Source of the DNA: Macrostomum hystrix
Taxonomy: Eukaryota > Animalia > Platyhelminthes
DNA length: 64,000 nt
Assembly (NCBI GenBank): GCA_950097015.1
Contig: CATNEN010000038.1
Span: forward strand, 32,054,001 to 32,118,000
Direction of reading: 5' to 3'
Shown: positions 1 to 11,540 of the stretch, piece after piece
Numbering within the stretch: position 1 is the first letter of the stretch
Layout of the letters: each line of letters begins with the position of its first letter
The notes under the pieces: model-generated
The model's input: the letters and a program-made list of their open reading frames with translations, nothing else
What the model was told of the DNA's origin: nothing
The model's database searches: none
Made by a program: the position numbers and the translations under genes

Positions 1-106
1 TGGTGAAGAAATGGTGAAAATCGGTTGAGCCGTTCGGGAAAAAATCAATTACAACCAACCAACCAACCAACCAAGCAAGCAAGCATTTCATTTTAAGTAT
101 AGTGGA
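1..106 (-). mobile_element. 5' portion of a non-autonomous Helitron-like element (family B), truncated by the window edge
   Basis: Nearly identical to 2348-2448 and the last ~100 bp of 5543-8767; ends ...gtatagtgga on + (5'-TCCACTATAC on -) and abuts the CTAG terminus of the next copy. Confidence 0.75.
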
Positions 107-199
107 CTAGTAAGTTTTGCCCCCCTTCGGGGAGCAGAAATACTTTTAATTCGTCTAGCATATACTTTTTAGCAGCTCAATTTACAGACTTTTATAGCA

Positions 200-1298
200 A
201 CAATGATCCCCTAGTTGATGATGATCCCCTAGTTGACAATTATCCCCCAGTTGACAATGATCCCCCAGTTGACAATGAACCCCCAGTTGACAATGAACCC
301 CCAGTTGACAATGATCCCCCAGTTGACAATGATCCCCCAGTTGACAATGATCCCCTAGTTGACAATGATCCCACAGTTGACAATGATCCCCCAGTTGACA
401 AGGATCCCCCGGTTGATGATGATCCCCCAGTTGATGATGATCCCCCAGTTGAAAATGATCCCCCATGCAGTTGACAATGATCCCCCAGTTGACAATGATC
501 CCCCAGTTGACAATGATCCCCAAGTTAACAAAGATCCCCCAGTTCACAATGATCCCCCAGTTGATGATGACTCCCCATTGATGATGATCCCCAGTTAACA
601 ATGTTCCTCCAGTTGACAATGTTCCCCCAGTTGACAATGATCCCCCAGTTTATGATGATCCCCCAGTTGAAAATGATCCCCCAGTTAAAAATGATCCCCC
701 AGTTGACAATGATCCCCCAGTTGACAATGATCCCCCAGTTGACAATGATCCCCCAGTTGACAATGAACCCCAGTTGACAACGATCCCCCAGTTGACAATG
801 ATCCCCCAGTTGACAATGATCCCGCCCGTTGACAATGATCCCACAGTTGACAATGAACCCCCAGTTGACAATGAACCCCCAGTTGACAATGAACCCCCAG
901 TTGACAATGATCCCCCAGTTGACAATGATCCCCCAGTTGACAATGATCCCCCAGTTGGCAATGATCCCCCAGTTGACAATGATCCCCCAGTTGACAATGA
1001 TCCCCCAGTTGACAATGATCCCACAGTTGACAATGATCCCCCAGTTGACAATGATCCCCCAGTTCACAATGATCCCCCAGTTGATGATGATCCCCCAGTT
1101 GACAATGATCCCCCAGTTGACAATTATCCCCCAGTTTACCATGATCCCCCAGTTGACGATTATCCCCCAGTTGACCATTACCCCCTAGTTGACAATGATC
1201 CCCCAGTTGACAATTATCCCCCAGTTTACCATGATCCCCCAGTTGACGATTATCCCCCAGTTCACCATGATCCCCATTTTGATGATGACTCCCCAGTT
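200..1298. repeat. 18-bp minisatellite (gatcccccagttgacaat)n inside Helitron B1
   Basis: Direct tandem repeat; source of the spurious NWGIIV/QLGDHC ORFs. Confidence 0.95.
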
Positions 1299-1309
1299 GA
1301 CGTTGATTT

Positions 1310-1800
1310 TTCAAACGCTGGGTTAGCCAAGATTCAAACTCAGGTTTCGCCATGTTTTAAACCCTGGTGGGCTATGATTCAAACTCTGGTTTAGCCATGA
1401 TTCAAACTCTGGTTTAGCCATGATTCAAACTCTGGTTTAGCCATGATTCAAACGCTGGGTTAGCCATTATTGAAACTCGGTTTTTGCCATGATTCAAACT
1501 CTGGTTTAGCCATGATTCAAACGCTGGGTTAGCCATGATTCAAACTCTGGTTTAGCCATGATTCAGACGCTGGGTTAGACATGATTGAAACTCTGGTTTA
1601 GCCATGATTCAAACTCTAGTTGGCTATGATTTCAAACTCTGGTTTAGCCATGATTCAAACTCTGGTTTAGCCATGATTCAAACTCTGGTTTAGCCATGAT
1701 TCAAACTCTGGTTTAGCCATGATTGAAACTCTGGTTTAGCCATGATTCAAACTCTGGTTTAGCCATGATTCAGACGCTGGTTTAGCCATAATTCAGACAG
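1310..1800. repeat. 23-bp minisatellite (gccatgattcaaactctggttta)n inside Helitron B1
   Basis: Period 23 (aaactct at 1381 and 1404). Confidence 0.95.
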
Positions 1801-1909
1801 TGGTTTTGCTATGCAAAAGTGAATTAAAAGTTTCCCATTTTTTTTAAAATTAAAAAAAAATTTATCGCTTCGCATCCATCACTACTGACTGACAATTAGT
1901 TTAAATGAT

Positions 1910-1995
1910 TTGACGCAGTGCAGAGTCGAACCAGGGACACTTCGCCTAGCCTAGCCTAACCTATTCCTAGTGCCTACACATCGGCTATTCCGACT
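1910..1995 (-). other. tRNA/SINE-like Pol III promoter remnant within Helitron B
   Basis: On -: A-box-like TAGCCGATGTG (1977-1987) and B-box-like GGTTCGACTC (1923-1932); second copy at about 8255-8330 (GGTTCGATTC). No full cloverleaf. Confidence 0.4.
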
Positions 1996-2448
1996 GTTGG
2001 TTAGTGGGTGCAGAAATCAGCCTAATAAAATGAATTTTCTAAGTTCTGGCTTTGTACAATGAAGTGAGAAAATAGAGTACACTCAGTCTCGCGGTTGGTT
2101 GTGTACATTTATTTCCAATTTGTCTCCAGAGTGCAGGCTTTAGATTCAATCAGCTAGGGGTTGTTGCGCAATTTGACGATGCAATTCTAATTCAGTGGCA
2201 GTCAGTGAATGAAATTCTCAATGGGCCAAGATAGTTTGACCTTTGAAAAGGTCAAAAAACTTTTTTTTCGAATATTTAATCCCCTTAGCAATAAAGTTAA
2301 GCTTAATAAAAATACGTGTAAAATTGTCCTTAAATTTGGCATCTTTTGGTGAAGAAATGGTGAAAATCGGTTGAGCCGTTCGGGAAAAAATCAATTACAA
2401 CCAACCAACCAACCAAGCAAGCAAGCATTTCATTTTTAGTATAGTGGA

Positions 2449-5400
2449 CTAGCTGCCTTCGCTACCCTCTGGGTAGCCTCCCTGTGAGTTCTTATCAGTA
2501 CGCGCGTGCGTTATCAAAACTGGCTCTGATGCAATCATTAAATTTGGCACTGGAGCCTCACTGTGCACAAGCTGAAAACAAGAATGCATTAGAAAAGCCT
2601 ATTTAAAACTGTTTTTCGAATATTTAATCCCCTTGGCAATGGAATTAAGCTTAATGAAATTACGTGTACCGATTCCGGCCCAATTGTGATCTTTTGGCGA
2701 AGGAATTGTGAAAATCGGTTAAGCCGTTCGGGAGCTAGTCGATTGCAAACAAGCAAGCAAGCAAGCAAGATTTTCATTTTTAGTATATTAGACTAGCTGC
2801 CTTCGCTACCCTCTGGGTAGCCTCACTGGAGTTCTTATCAGTACGCGCGTGCGTTATCAAAACTGGCTCTGATGCAATCATTAAAATTGGCACTGGAGCC
2901 TCACTGTGCACAAGCTGAAAACAAGAATGCATTAGAAAAGCCTATTTAAAACTGTTTTTCGAATATTTAATCCCCTTGGCAATGGAATTAAGCTTAATAA
3001 AAATACGTGTACCGATTCCGGCCCATTTGTGATCTTTTGGTGAAGGAATTGTGAAAATCGGTTGAGCCGTTCGGGAGCTAGTCGATTGCAAACAAACATA
3101 CAAGATTTTCATTTTTAGTATATTAGACTAGCTGCCCTTCGCTACCCTCTGGGTAGCCTCACTGGAGTTCTTATCAGTTCGTTATCAAAACTGGCTCTGA
3201 TGCAATCATTAAAGTTGGCACTGGAGCCTCACTGCGCACAAGCTGAAAACAAGAATGCATTAGAAAAGCCTATTTAAAACAGTTTTTCGAATATTTAATC
3301 CCCTTGGCAATGGAATTAAGCTTAATAAAAATACGTGTACCGATTCCGGCCCATTTGTGATCTTTTGGCGAAGGAATTGCGAAAATCGGTTGAGCCGTTC
3401 GGGAGCTAGTCGATTGCAAACAAGCAAGCAAGCAAGATTTTCATTTTTAGTATATTAGACTAGCTGCCTTCGCTACCCTCTGGGTAGCCTCCCTGTGAGT
3501 TCTTATCAGTTCGTTATCAAAACTGGCTCTGATGCAATCATTAAAATTGGCACTGGAGCCTCACTGCGCACAAGCTGAAAAAAAAGAATGCATTAGAAAA
3601 GCCTATTTAAAACTGTTTTTCGAATATTTAATCCCCTTGCCAATGGAATTAAGCTTAATAAAATTACGTGTACCGATTCCGGCCCATTTGTGATCTTTTG
3701 GCGAAGGAATTTTGAAAATCGGTTGAGCCGTTCGGGAGCTAGTCGATTGCAAACATACAAGCAAGCAAGATTTTCATTTTTAGTATATTAGATTAGAAGA
3801 CTAGCTGCCTTCGCTACCCTCTGGGTAGCCTCACTGGAGTTCTTATCAGTGCCTTATGAAAATTGGCTCTGATGCAATCATTAAAATTGGCACTGGAGCC
3901 TCACTGTGCACAAGCTGAAAACAAGAATGCATTAGAAAAGCCTATTTAAAACAGTTTTTCGAATATTTAATCCCCTTGGCAATGGAATTAAGCTTAATAA
4001 AAATACGTGTACCGATTCCGGCCCATTTGTGATCTTTTGGCGAAGGAATTGTGAAAATCGGTTGAGCCGTTCGGCAGCTAGTCGATTGCAAACAAGCAAG
4101 CAAGCAAGCAAGCAAGCAAGATTTTCATTTTTAGTATATTAAAGAAGACTAGCTGCCCTTCGCTACCCTCTGGGTAGCCTACCTTGAGTTCTTATCAGTG
4201 CGTTATCAAAATTGGCTCTGATGCAATCATTAAAATTGGCACTGGAGGCCTCACTGTGCACAAGCTGAAAACAAGAATGCATTAGAAAGCCTATTTAAAA
4301 CTGTTTTTCGAATATTTAATCCCCTTGGCAATGGAATTAAGCTTAATAAAAATACGTGTACCGATTCGGGCCCATTTGTGATCTTTTGGCGAAGGAATTG
4401 TGAAAATCGGTTGAGCCGTTCGGGAGCTAGTCGATTGCAAACAAGCAAGCAAGCAAGCAAGCAAGCAAGATTTTCATTTTTAGTATATTAGACTAGCTGC
4501 CTTCGCTACCCTCTGGGTAGCCTCCCTGTGAGTTCTTATCAGTTCGTTATCAAAACTGGCTCTGATGCAATCATTAAAATTGGCACTGGAGCCTCACTGT
4601 GCACAAGCTGAAAAGAAGAATGCATTAGAAAAGCCTATTTAAAACTGTTTTTCGAATATTTAATCCCCTTGCCAATGGAATTAAGCTTAATAAAATTACG
4701 TGTACCGATTCCGGCCCATTTGTGATCTTTTGGCGAAGGAATTGCGAAAATCGGTTGAGCCGTTCGGGAGCTAGTCGATTGCAAACAAGCAAGCAAGCAA
4801 GCAAGCAAGCAAGATTTTCATTTTTAGTATATTAGATTAGACTAGCTGCCTTCGCTACCCTCTGGGTAGCCTCCCTGTGAGTTCTTATCAGTACGCGCGT
4901 GCGTTATCAAAACTGGCTCTGATGCAATCATTAAAATTGGCACTGGAGCCTCACTGTGCACAAGCTGAAAACAAGAATGCATTAGAAAAGCCTATTTAAA
5001 ACTGTTTTTCGAATATTTAATCCCCTTGGCAATGGAATTAAGCTTAATAAAAATACGTGTACCGATTCCGGCCCATTTGTGATCTTTTGGCGAAGGAATT
5101 GCGAAAATCGGTTAAGCCGTTCGGGAGCTAGTCGATTGCAAACAAACATACAAGATTTTCATTTTTAGTATATTAGATTTTCATTTTTAGTATATTAGAC
5201 TAGCTGCCTTCGCTACCCTCTGGGTAGCCTCCATTGAGTTCTTATCAGTGCCTTATCAAAATTGGCTCTGATGCAATCATTAAAATTGGCACTGGAGCCT
5301 CACTGTGCACAAGCTGAAAACAAGAATGCATTAGAAAAGCCTATTTAAAACAGTTTTTCGAATATTTAATCCCCTTGGCAATGGAATTAAGCTTAATAAA

Positions 5401-5542
5401 AATACGTGTACCGATTCGGGCCCATTTGTGATCTTTTGGCGAAGGAATTGTGAAAATCGGTTAAGCCGTTCGGGAGCTAGTCGATTGCAAACAAGCAAGC
5501 AAGCAAGCAAGCAAGCAAGATTTTCATTTTTAGTATATTAGA
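2449..5542 (-). mobile_element. Tandem array of nine ~332-358-bp non-autonomous Helitron-like elements (family A)
   Basis: Units start at 2449, 2793, 3128, 3460, 3801, 4149, 4493, 4842 and 5200. On - each reads TCTAATATACTAAAAATGAAAAT(CTTG)n ... GCTACCC-AGA-GGGTAGC (perfect 7-bp hairpin) GAAGGCAG CTAG, joined CTAG|TC. Confidence 0.85.
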
Positions 5543-5635
5543 CTAGTAAGTTTTGCCCCCCTTCGGGGAGCAGAAATACTTTTAATTCGTCTAGCATATA
5601 CTTTTTAGCAGCTCAATTTACAGACTTTTATAGCA

Positions 5636-7385
5636 ACAATGATCCCCTAGTTGATGATGATCCCCTAGTTGACAATTATCCCCCAGTTGACAATGATCCC
5701 CCAGTTGACAATGATCCCCCAGTTGACAATGATCCCACAGTTGACAATGATCCCCCAGTTGACAAGGATCCCCCGGTTGATGATGATCCCCCAGTTGATG
5801 ATGATCCCCCAGTTGAAAATGATCCCCCATGCAGTTGACAATGATCCCCCAGTTGACAATGATCCCCCAGTTGACAATGATCCCCAAGTTAACAAAGATC
5901 CCCCAGTTCACAATGATCCCCCAGTTGATGATGACTCCCCATTGATGATGATCCCCAGTTAACAATGTTCCTCCAGTTGACAATGTTCCCCCAGTTGACA
6001 ATGATCCCCCAGTTTATGATGATCCCCCAGTTGAAAATGATCCCCCAGTTAAAAATGATCCCCCAGTTGACAATGATCCCCCAGTTGACAATGATCCCGC
6101 CCGTTGACAATGATCCCACAGTTGACAATGATCCCCCAGTTGAAAATGATCCCCCAGTTCACAATGATCCCCCAGTTGATGATGATCCCCCAGTTGACAA
6201 TGATCCCGCCCGTTGACAATGATCCCACAGTTGACAATGATCCCCCAGTTGAAAATGATCCCCCAGTTCACAATGATCCCCCAGTTGATGATGATCCCCC
6301 AGTTGATGATGATCCCCCAGTTGAAAATGATCCCCCAGTTGACAATGATCCCCCAGTTGACAATGATCCCCCAGTTCACAATGATCCCCCAGTTAACAAA
6401 GATCCCCAAGTTCACAATGATCCCCCAGTTGATGATGACTCCCCATTGATGATGATCCCCAGTTAACAATGTTCCTCCAGTTGACAATGTTCCCGCCCGT
6501 TGACAATGATCCCACAGTTGACAATGATCCCCCAGTTGACAATGATCCCCCAGTTGACAATGATCCCGCCCGTTGACAATGATCCCACAGTTGACAAGGA
6601 ACCCCCAGTTGACAATGAACCCCCAGTTGACAATGAACCCCCAGTTGACAATGATCTCCCAGTTGACAATGATCCCCCAGTTGACAATGATCCCCCAGTT
6701 GACAATGATCCCCCAGTTGATAATGATCCCCCAGTTGACAATGAACCCCCAGTTGACAATGATCCCCCAGTTGACAATGATCCCCCAGTTGACAATGATC
6801 CCCCAGTTGACAATGAACCCCAGTTGACAACGATCCCCCAGTTGACAATGATCCCCCAGTTGACAATGATCCCGCCCGTTGACAATGATCCCACAGTTGA
6901 CAATGAACCCCCAGTTGACAATGAACCCCCAGTTGACAATGAACCCCCAGTTGACAATGATCCCCCAGTTGACAATGATCCCCCAGTTGACAATGATCCC
7001 CCAGTTGACAATGAACCCCCAGTTGACAATGATCCCCCAGTTGGCAATGATCCCCCAGTTGACAATGATCCCCCAGTTGACAATGATCCCCCAGTTGACA
7101 ATGATCCCACAGTTGACAATGATCCCCCAGTTGACAATGATCCCCCAGTTCACAATGATCCCCCAGTTGATGATGATCCCCCAGTTGACAATGATCCCCC
7201 AGTTGACAATTATCCCCCAGTTTACCATGATCCCCCAGTTGACGATTATCCCCCAGTTGACCATTACCCCCTAGTTGACAATGATCCCCCAGTTGACAAT
7301 TATCCCCCAGTTTACCATGATCCCCCAGTTGACGATTATCCCCCAGTTCACCATGATCCCCATTTTGATGATGACTCCCCAGTTG
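5636..7385. repeat. 18-bp minisatellite inside Helitron B2
   Basis: Same unit and same edge variants as 200-1298, with internal expansion. Confidence 0.95.
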
Positions 7386-7394
7386 ACGTTGATT

Positions 7395-8165
7395 TTTCAA
7401 ACGCTGGGTTAGCCAAGATTCAAACTCAGGTTTCGCCATGTTTTAAACCCTGGTGGGCTATGATTCAAACTCTGGTTTAGCCATGATTCAAACTCTGGTT
7501 TAGCCATGATTCAAACTCTGGTTTAGCCACGATTCAGACTCTGGTTTAGCCATGATTCAAACTCTGGTTTAGCCATGATTGAAACTCTGGTTTAGCCATG
7601 ATTCAAACTCTGGTTTAGCCACGATTCAAACTCTGGTTTAGCCATGATTCAAACTCTGGTTTAGCCATGTTTCAGACTCTGGTTTAGCCATGATTCAAAC
7701 TCTGGTTTAGCCATGATTGAAACTCTGGTTTAGCCATGATTCAAACTCTGGTTTAGCCACGATTCAAACTCTGGTTTAGCCATGATTCAAACTCTGGTTT
7801 AGCCATGTTTCAGACTCTGGTTTAGCCATGATTCAGAATCTAGTTTAGCCATGATTCAGACTCTGGTTTAGCCATGATTCAAACCCTCGTGTAGCCATGA
7901 TTTAGTCTCTGGTTTAGCCATGATTCAAACTCTGGTTTAGCCATGATTCAAGCTCTGGTTTAGCCATGATTCAAGCTCTGGTTTAGCAATAATTCAAACT
8001 CTGGTTTAGCCATGATTGAAACTCTGGTTTAGCCATGATTCAGACTCTGGTTTAGCCATGATTCAAACTCTGGTTTAGCCATGATTCAGACTATGGTTTA
8101 GCCATGATTCAGACTATGGTTTAGCCATGATTCAAACTCAGGTTTGCTATGACAAACTCAGGTTT
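7395..8165. repeat. 23-bp minisatellite inside Helitron B2
   Basis: Same unit as 1310-1800. Confidence 0.95.
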
Positions 8166-8767
8166 GCTATGATTTATGATATTTTATTTACGAAATGAAA
8201 AAATAAATTAAAATAATCTTCAATCACTACTTGCTGAAAATTAGTCTAAATGATTTGACGCAGTGCAGAATCGAACCCTAGCCTAGCCTAACCTATTCCT
8301 AGTGCCTACACATCGGCTATTCCGGCTGTTGGTTAGTGCGTGCAAAAATCAGCCTTATAAAATGAATTCTCAAAGTTCTGGCTTTGTACAATGACGTAAG
8401 AAAATAGAGTACACTCAGTCTCGCGGTTGGTTGTGTACATTTATTTCCAATTTGTCTCCAGAGTGCAGGCTTCAAATTCAATCAGCTAGGGGTTGTTGCG
8501 CAATTTGACGATGCAATTCTAATTCAGTGGCAGTGAGTAAAATTCTCAATAGGCCAAGATGTTTGACCTTTGAAAAGTCATGTTTTTCGAATATTTAATC
8601 CCTTTAGAAATAAAGTTAAGCTTTATAAAAATACGTGTATAATTGTCCCTATATTTGGCATCTTTTGGTGAAGAAATGGTGAAAATCGGTTGAGCCGTTC
8701 GGGAGAAAATCAATTACAACCAACCAACCAACCAACCAACCAAGCATTTCATTTTTAGTATAGTGGA

Positions 8768-8810
8768 CTAGCAAGTTTTGCCCCCCTTCGGGGATTTTTA
8801 GTATAGTGGA
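8768..8810 (-). mobile_element. 43-bp minimal Helitron B derivative (both termini fused)
   Basis: ctagcaagttttgccccccttcgggga (3' terminus with most of the hairpin) joined directly to tttttagtatagtgga (5' terminus). Confidence 0.65.
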
Positions 8811-8959
8811 GGATGGAAAGAAGAAGATTGGTGGCTGAGTGGTGAATTAGCAGCTAGCTGTTTGTGAATAGATGATTTAATGTTCTCAAACTGGGGAATG
8901 TTGCTCGATGACAAACTGTGGCAGAGGGGTGTCAACGCATAATAAACAACCCACACTAC

Positions 8960-9290
8960 AACCCTACCCTATCTATCAACATCACTGCAACCAACCCTAT
9001 CTATCCACTTCCCTACAACCAACCCTATCTATCCACCTCCCTACAACCTACCCTATCTATCCACCTCCCTACAACCTACCCTATCTATCCACCTCCCTAC
9101 AACCTACCCTATCTATCCACCTCCCTACAACCTACCCTATCTATCCACCTCCCTACAACCTACCCTATCTATCCACCTCCCTACAACCTACCCTATCTAT
9201 CCACCTCCCTACAACCTACCCTATCTATCCACCTCCCTACAACCTACCCTATCTATCCACCTCCCTACAACCTATCAACCACAATAAGCC
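8960..9290. repeat. 28-bp minisatellite (ccctatctatccacctccctacaaccta)n
   Basis: Direct tandem repeat in a prominin intron, followed by about three copies of a 15-mer ccccaatctacccca (about 9330-9376). Confidence 0.9.
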
Positions 9291-9471
9291 TACTCTATCA
9301 ACCTGGGAATGAGGTCGATAGGGCACCCCACTCCAATCTACCCCACCCCAATCTACCCCACCCCAATCTACCCCACTGAACCCACCCGATTCCCATCTCT
9401 AGACACAATTTGCGCAGGGTGCAGATAATCCTGGGCACAAGCAAACAGGTGCAAACAGGAGTGTCACTTAC

Positions 9472-11247
9472 AGCATAGCGGTTGCAAAGATCAGCAGCAG
9501 GGTGCCGTATTTGACTCTATTTGAGCTCGCGCCCTTGGGCTCCATGTAATTAAGCTCGCCGCCGCATTTGCTGCAACAGACTCGACAACAACAGATGTAA
9601 CAGCCAGCTAGAGGAACCACCAGGATTAGGAATAAGCCAATGCATAATAATATTGTGTAGCCTAGGTAGCTGTTTAACCAAGAGCGGCTAACCTGTGTTA
9701 ATAAAACACGATTTGATAAATACAATTTATGTAATATAACGGTAAAGAGATATGCGATATAAACTTACATTCATCCAGTCTTTAGTAGTTATATTTGATA
9801 TATTTCCGGCTAAAATAATTCAATAAGAAGTAGTTTTATCATTTCTGAAATATTATATGTATGGTTTGTAATCGGAAAAAAATGTTTTATACAAGTTTTT
9901 CATACAAACTACCCTTAATGCACTCGAGTGTAAATCTAGCTCACGATATCTCTACCCCTAGTGTACATCTAGCCCATAATATCTCTACCCCGAGTGTACA
10001 TGTAGCCATCACAATATCTCTACCCATAGTGTACATCTAGCCATCATAATATCTCTACCCCGCGTGTACATCTAGCCCATAATATCTCTACCCCGAGTGT
10101 ACATCTAGCCCATAATATCTCTACCCCGCGTGTACATCTAGCCCATAATATCTCTACCCCGAGTGTACATCTAGCCCATAATATCTCTACCCCAAGTGTA
10201 CATCTAGCCCATAATATCTCTACCCATAGTGTACATCTAGCCATCATAATATCTCTACCCCGAGTGTACATCTAGCCCATAATATCTCTACCCCGAGTGT
10301 ACATCTAGCCCATAATATCCCTACCCCGAGTGTACATCTAGCCCATAATATCTCTACCCCGAGTGTACATCTAGCCCATAATATCTCTACCCATTGTGTA
10401 CATCTAGCCATCATAATATCTCTACCCCGCGTGTACATCTAGCCCATAATATCTCTACCCCGAGTGTACATCTAGCCCATAATATCTCTACCCCGCGTGT
10501 ACATCTAGCCCATAATATCTCTACCCCGAGTGTACATCTAGCCCATAATATCTCTACCCATAGTGTACATCTAGCCATCATAATATCTCTACCCCGCGTG
10601 TACATCTAGCCCATAATATCTCTACCCCGAGTGTACATCTAGCCCATAATATCTCTACCCCAAGTGTACATCTAGCCCATAATATCTCTACCCCGCGTGT
10701 ACATCTAGCCCATAATATCTCTACCCCGCGTGTACATCTAGCCCATAATATCTCAACCCCGAGTGTATATCTAGCCCATAATATCTCTACCCCGCGTGTA
10801 CATCTTGCCCATAATATCTCTACCCCGAGTGTATATCTAGCCCCCGATATCTCTATCCCGAGAGAACATTTTTACCACTTAATCTCTTGTCCAGCAAGTT
10901 CCTATATTTAATCCCATACATAAAGTGGGCCCACATAAGCTAAATGTCTTGAACGGGAGTTTAAGTTATTGTCAGCCAAATTTCTACCCCACACTAAATT
11001 CGATGGATACCTTGACTGCTTTTACAGCAATAATTCGCAGAATGATATTTTCAATTAAAATAAATGACTCACAAATCAGCAGAAGTGAGACATCCTTGAG
11101 TAGGATTGATTTCCCAGGCGGCTGAATTGTGTCTAGAAAGCTTTCGGTTGCCGAATAGAGCGGCTTCAAAGAATCTTCCAAGCTGCTAGTGGCTGATAGC
11201 TGAACTGAGAAACAGCCAAGCAGCAATAATGATAACAGAAAGTGCAT
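9472..11247 (-). CDS. PROM1: Prominin family pentaspan membrane protein, first three coding exons (gene continues beyond position 1)
   Basis: Exons 11247-11073, 9809-9769, 9692-9472 with matching phases (1, 0, 2) and GT-AG. Protein: signal peptide MHFLLSLLLLGCFSVQLSA, PLYSATESFLDTIQP, TM1 GYTILLCIGLFLILVVPLAG, Cys-rich loop CYICCCRVCCSKCGG and start of TM2, the typical prominin N-terminus. Symbol is family-level. Confidence 0.85.
9925..10862. repeat. 33-bp (35-bp variant) minisatellite (gtgtacatctagcccataatatctctaccccga)n
   Basis: Fills most of prominin intron 1. Confidence 0.95.
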
Positions 11248-11540
11248 CTGACTCGACGACAACTAGATTGAGGCTGTAATCAGTAGCGATGATTGTTGGT
11301 CTCAGAAATATATTAATATAGACTGGCTGATGAGGACTGAAATGAACTGAAACGTCGATGGCGCTATGCGCTGTTCATTTCTGTCCGAATATAGTGTTAT
11401 GGGCAGGCTGAAGCGCGGACGCACAACACGGTTTCACATCCGTGAAATTGTCTATGTTTGAAAAACCTAACCTTTACCTTGTGCTTCGTGACGGTTTCGT
11501 TGTCCGCGGCGACTGTCTATGGGTGAAACCCGTATAGCAT

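Larger units (their letters stand above)
107..2448 (-). mobile_element. Non-autonomous Helitron-like element, family B copy 1 (2342 bp)
   Basis: On -: starts TCCACTATACTAAAAATGAAATG(CTTG)n(GTTG)n and ends with hairpin GCTCCCC-GAA-GGGGGGC, then aaaactta and CTAG. No TIR or TSD. Contains 18-bp and 23-bp minisatellites. Confidence 0.8.
5543..8767 (-). mobile_element. Non-autonomous Helitron-like element, family B copy 2 (3225 bp)
   Basis: Same termini and internal order as 107-2448, with both minisatellites longer. Confidence 0.8.

Noticed and set aside
1910-1995. Genuine tRNA gene
   Set aside because: Only A/B-box-like motifs; acceptor and anticodon stems could not be built.
2449-5542. CRISPR-like or ordinary satellite array
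   Set aside because: Units are near-identical over their full length with no unique spacers or cas genes; the termini match Helitron structure.
182-7480. Long ORFs with NWGIIV, QLGDHC and PPVDND repeats
   Set aside because: Translations of an 18-bp minisatellite, open in several frames on both strands, with no splice or domain context.
11322-11362. Hammerhead-ribozyme-like core CTGATGA...GAAACGTC
   Set aside because: Stem II does not pair beyond 2 bp and the sequence after GTC is not complementary to the 5' arm, so stem I cannot form.
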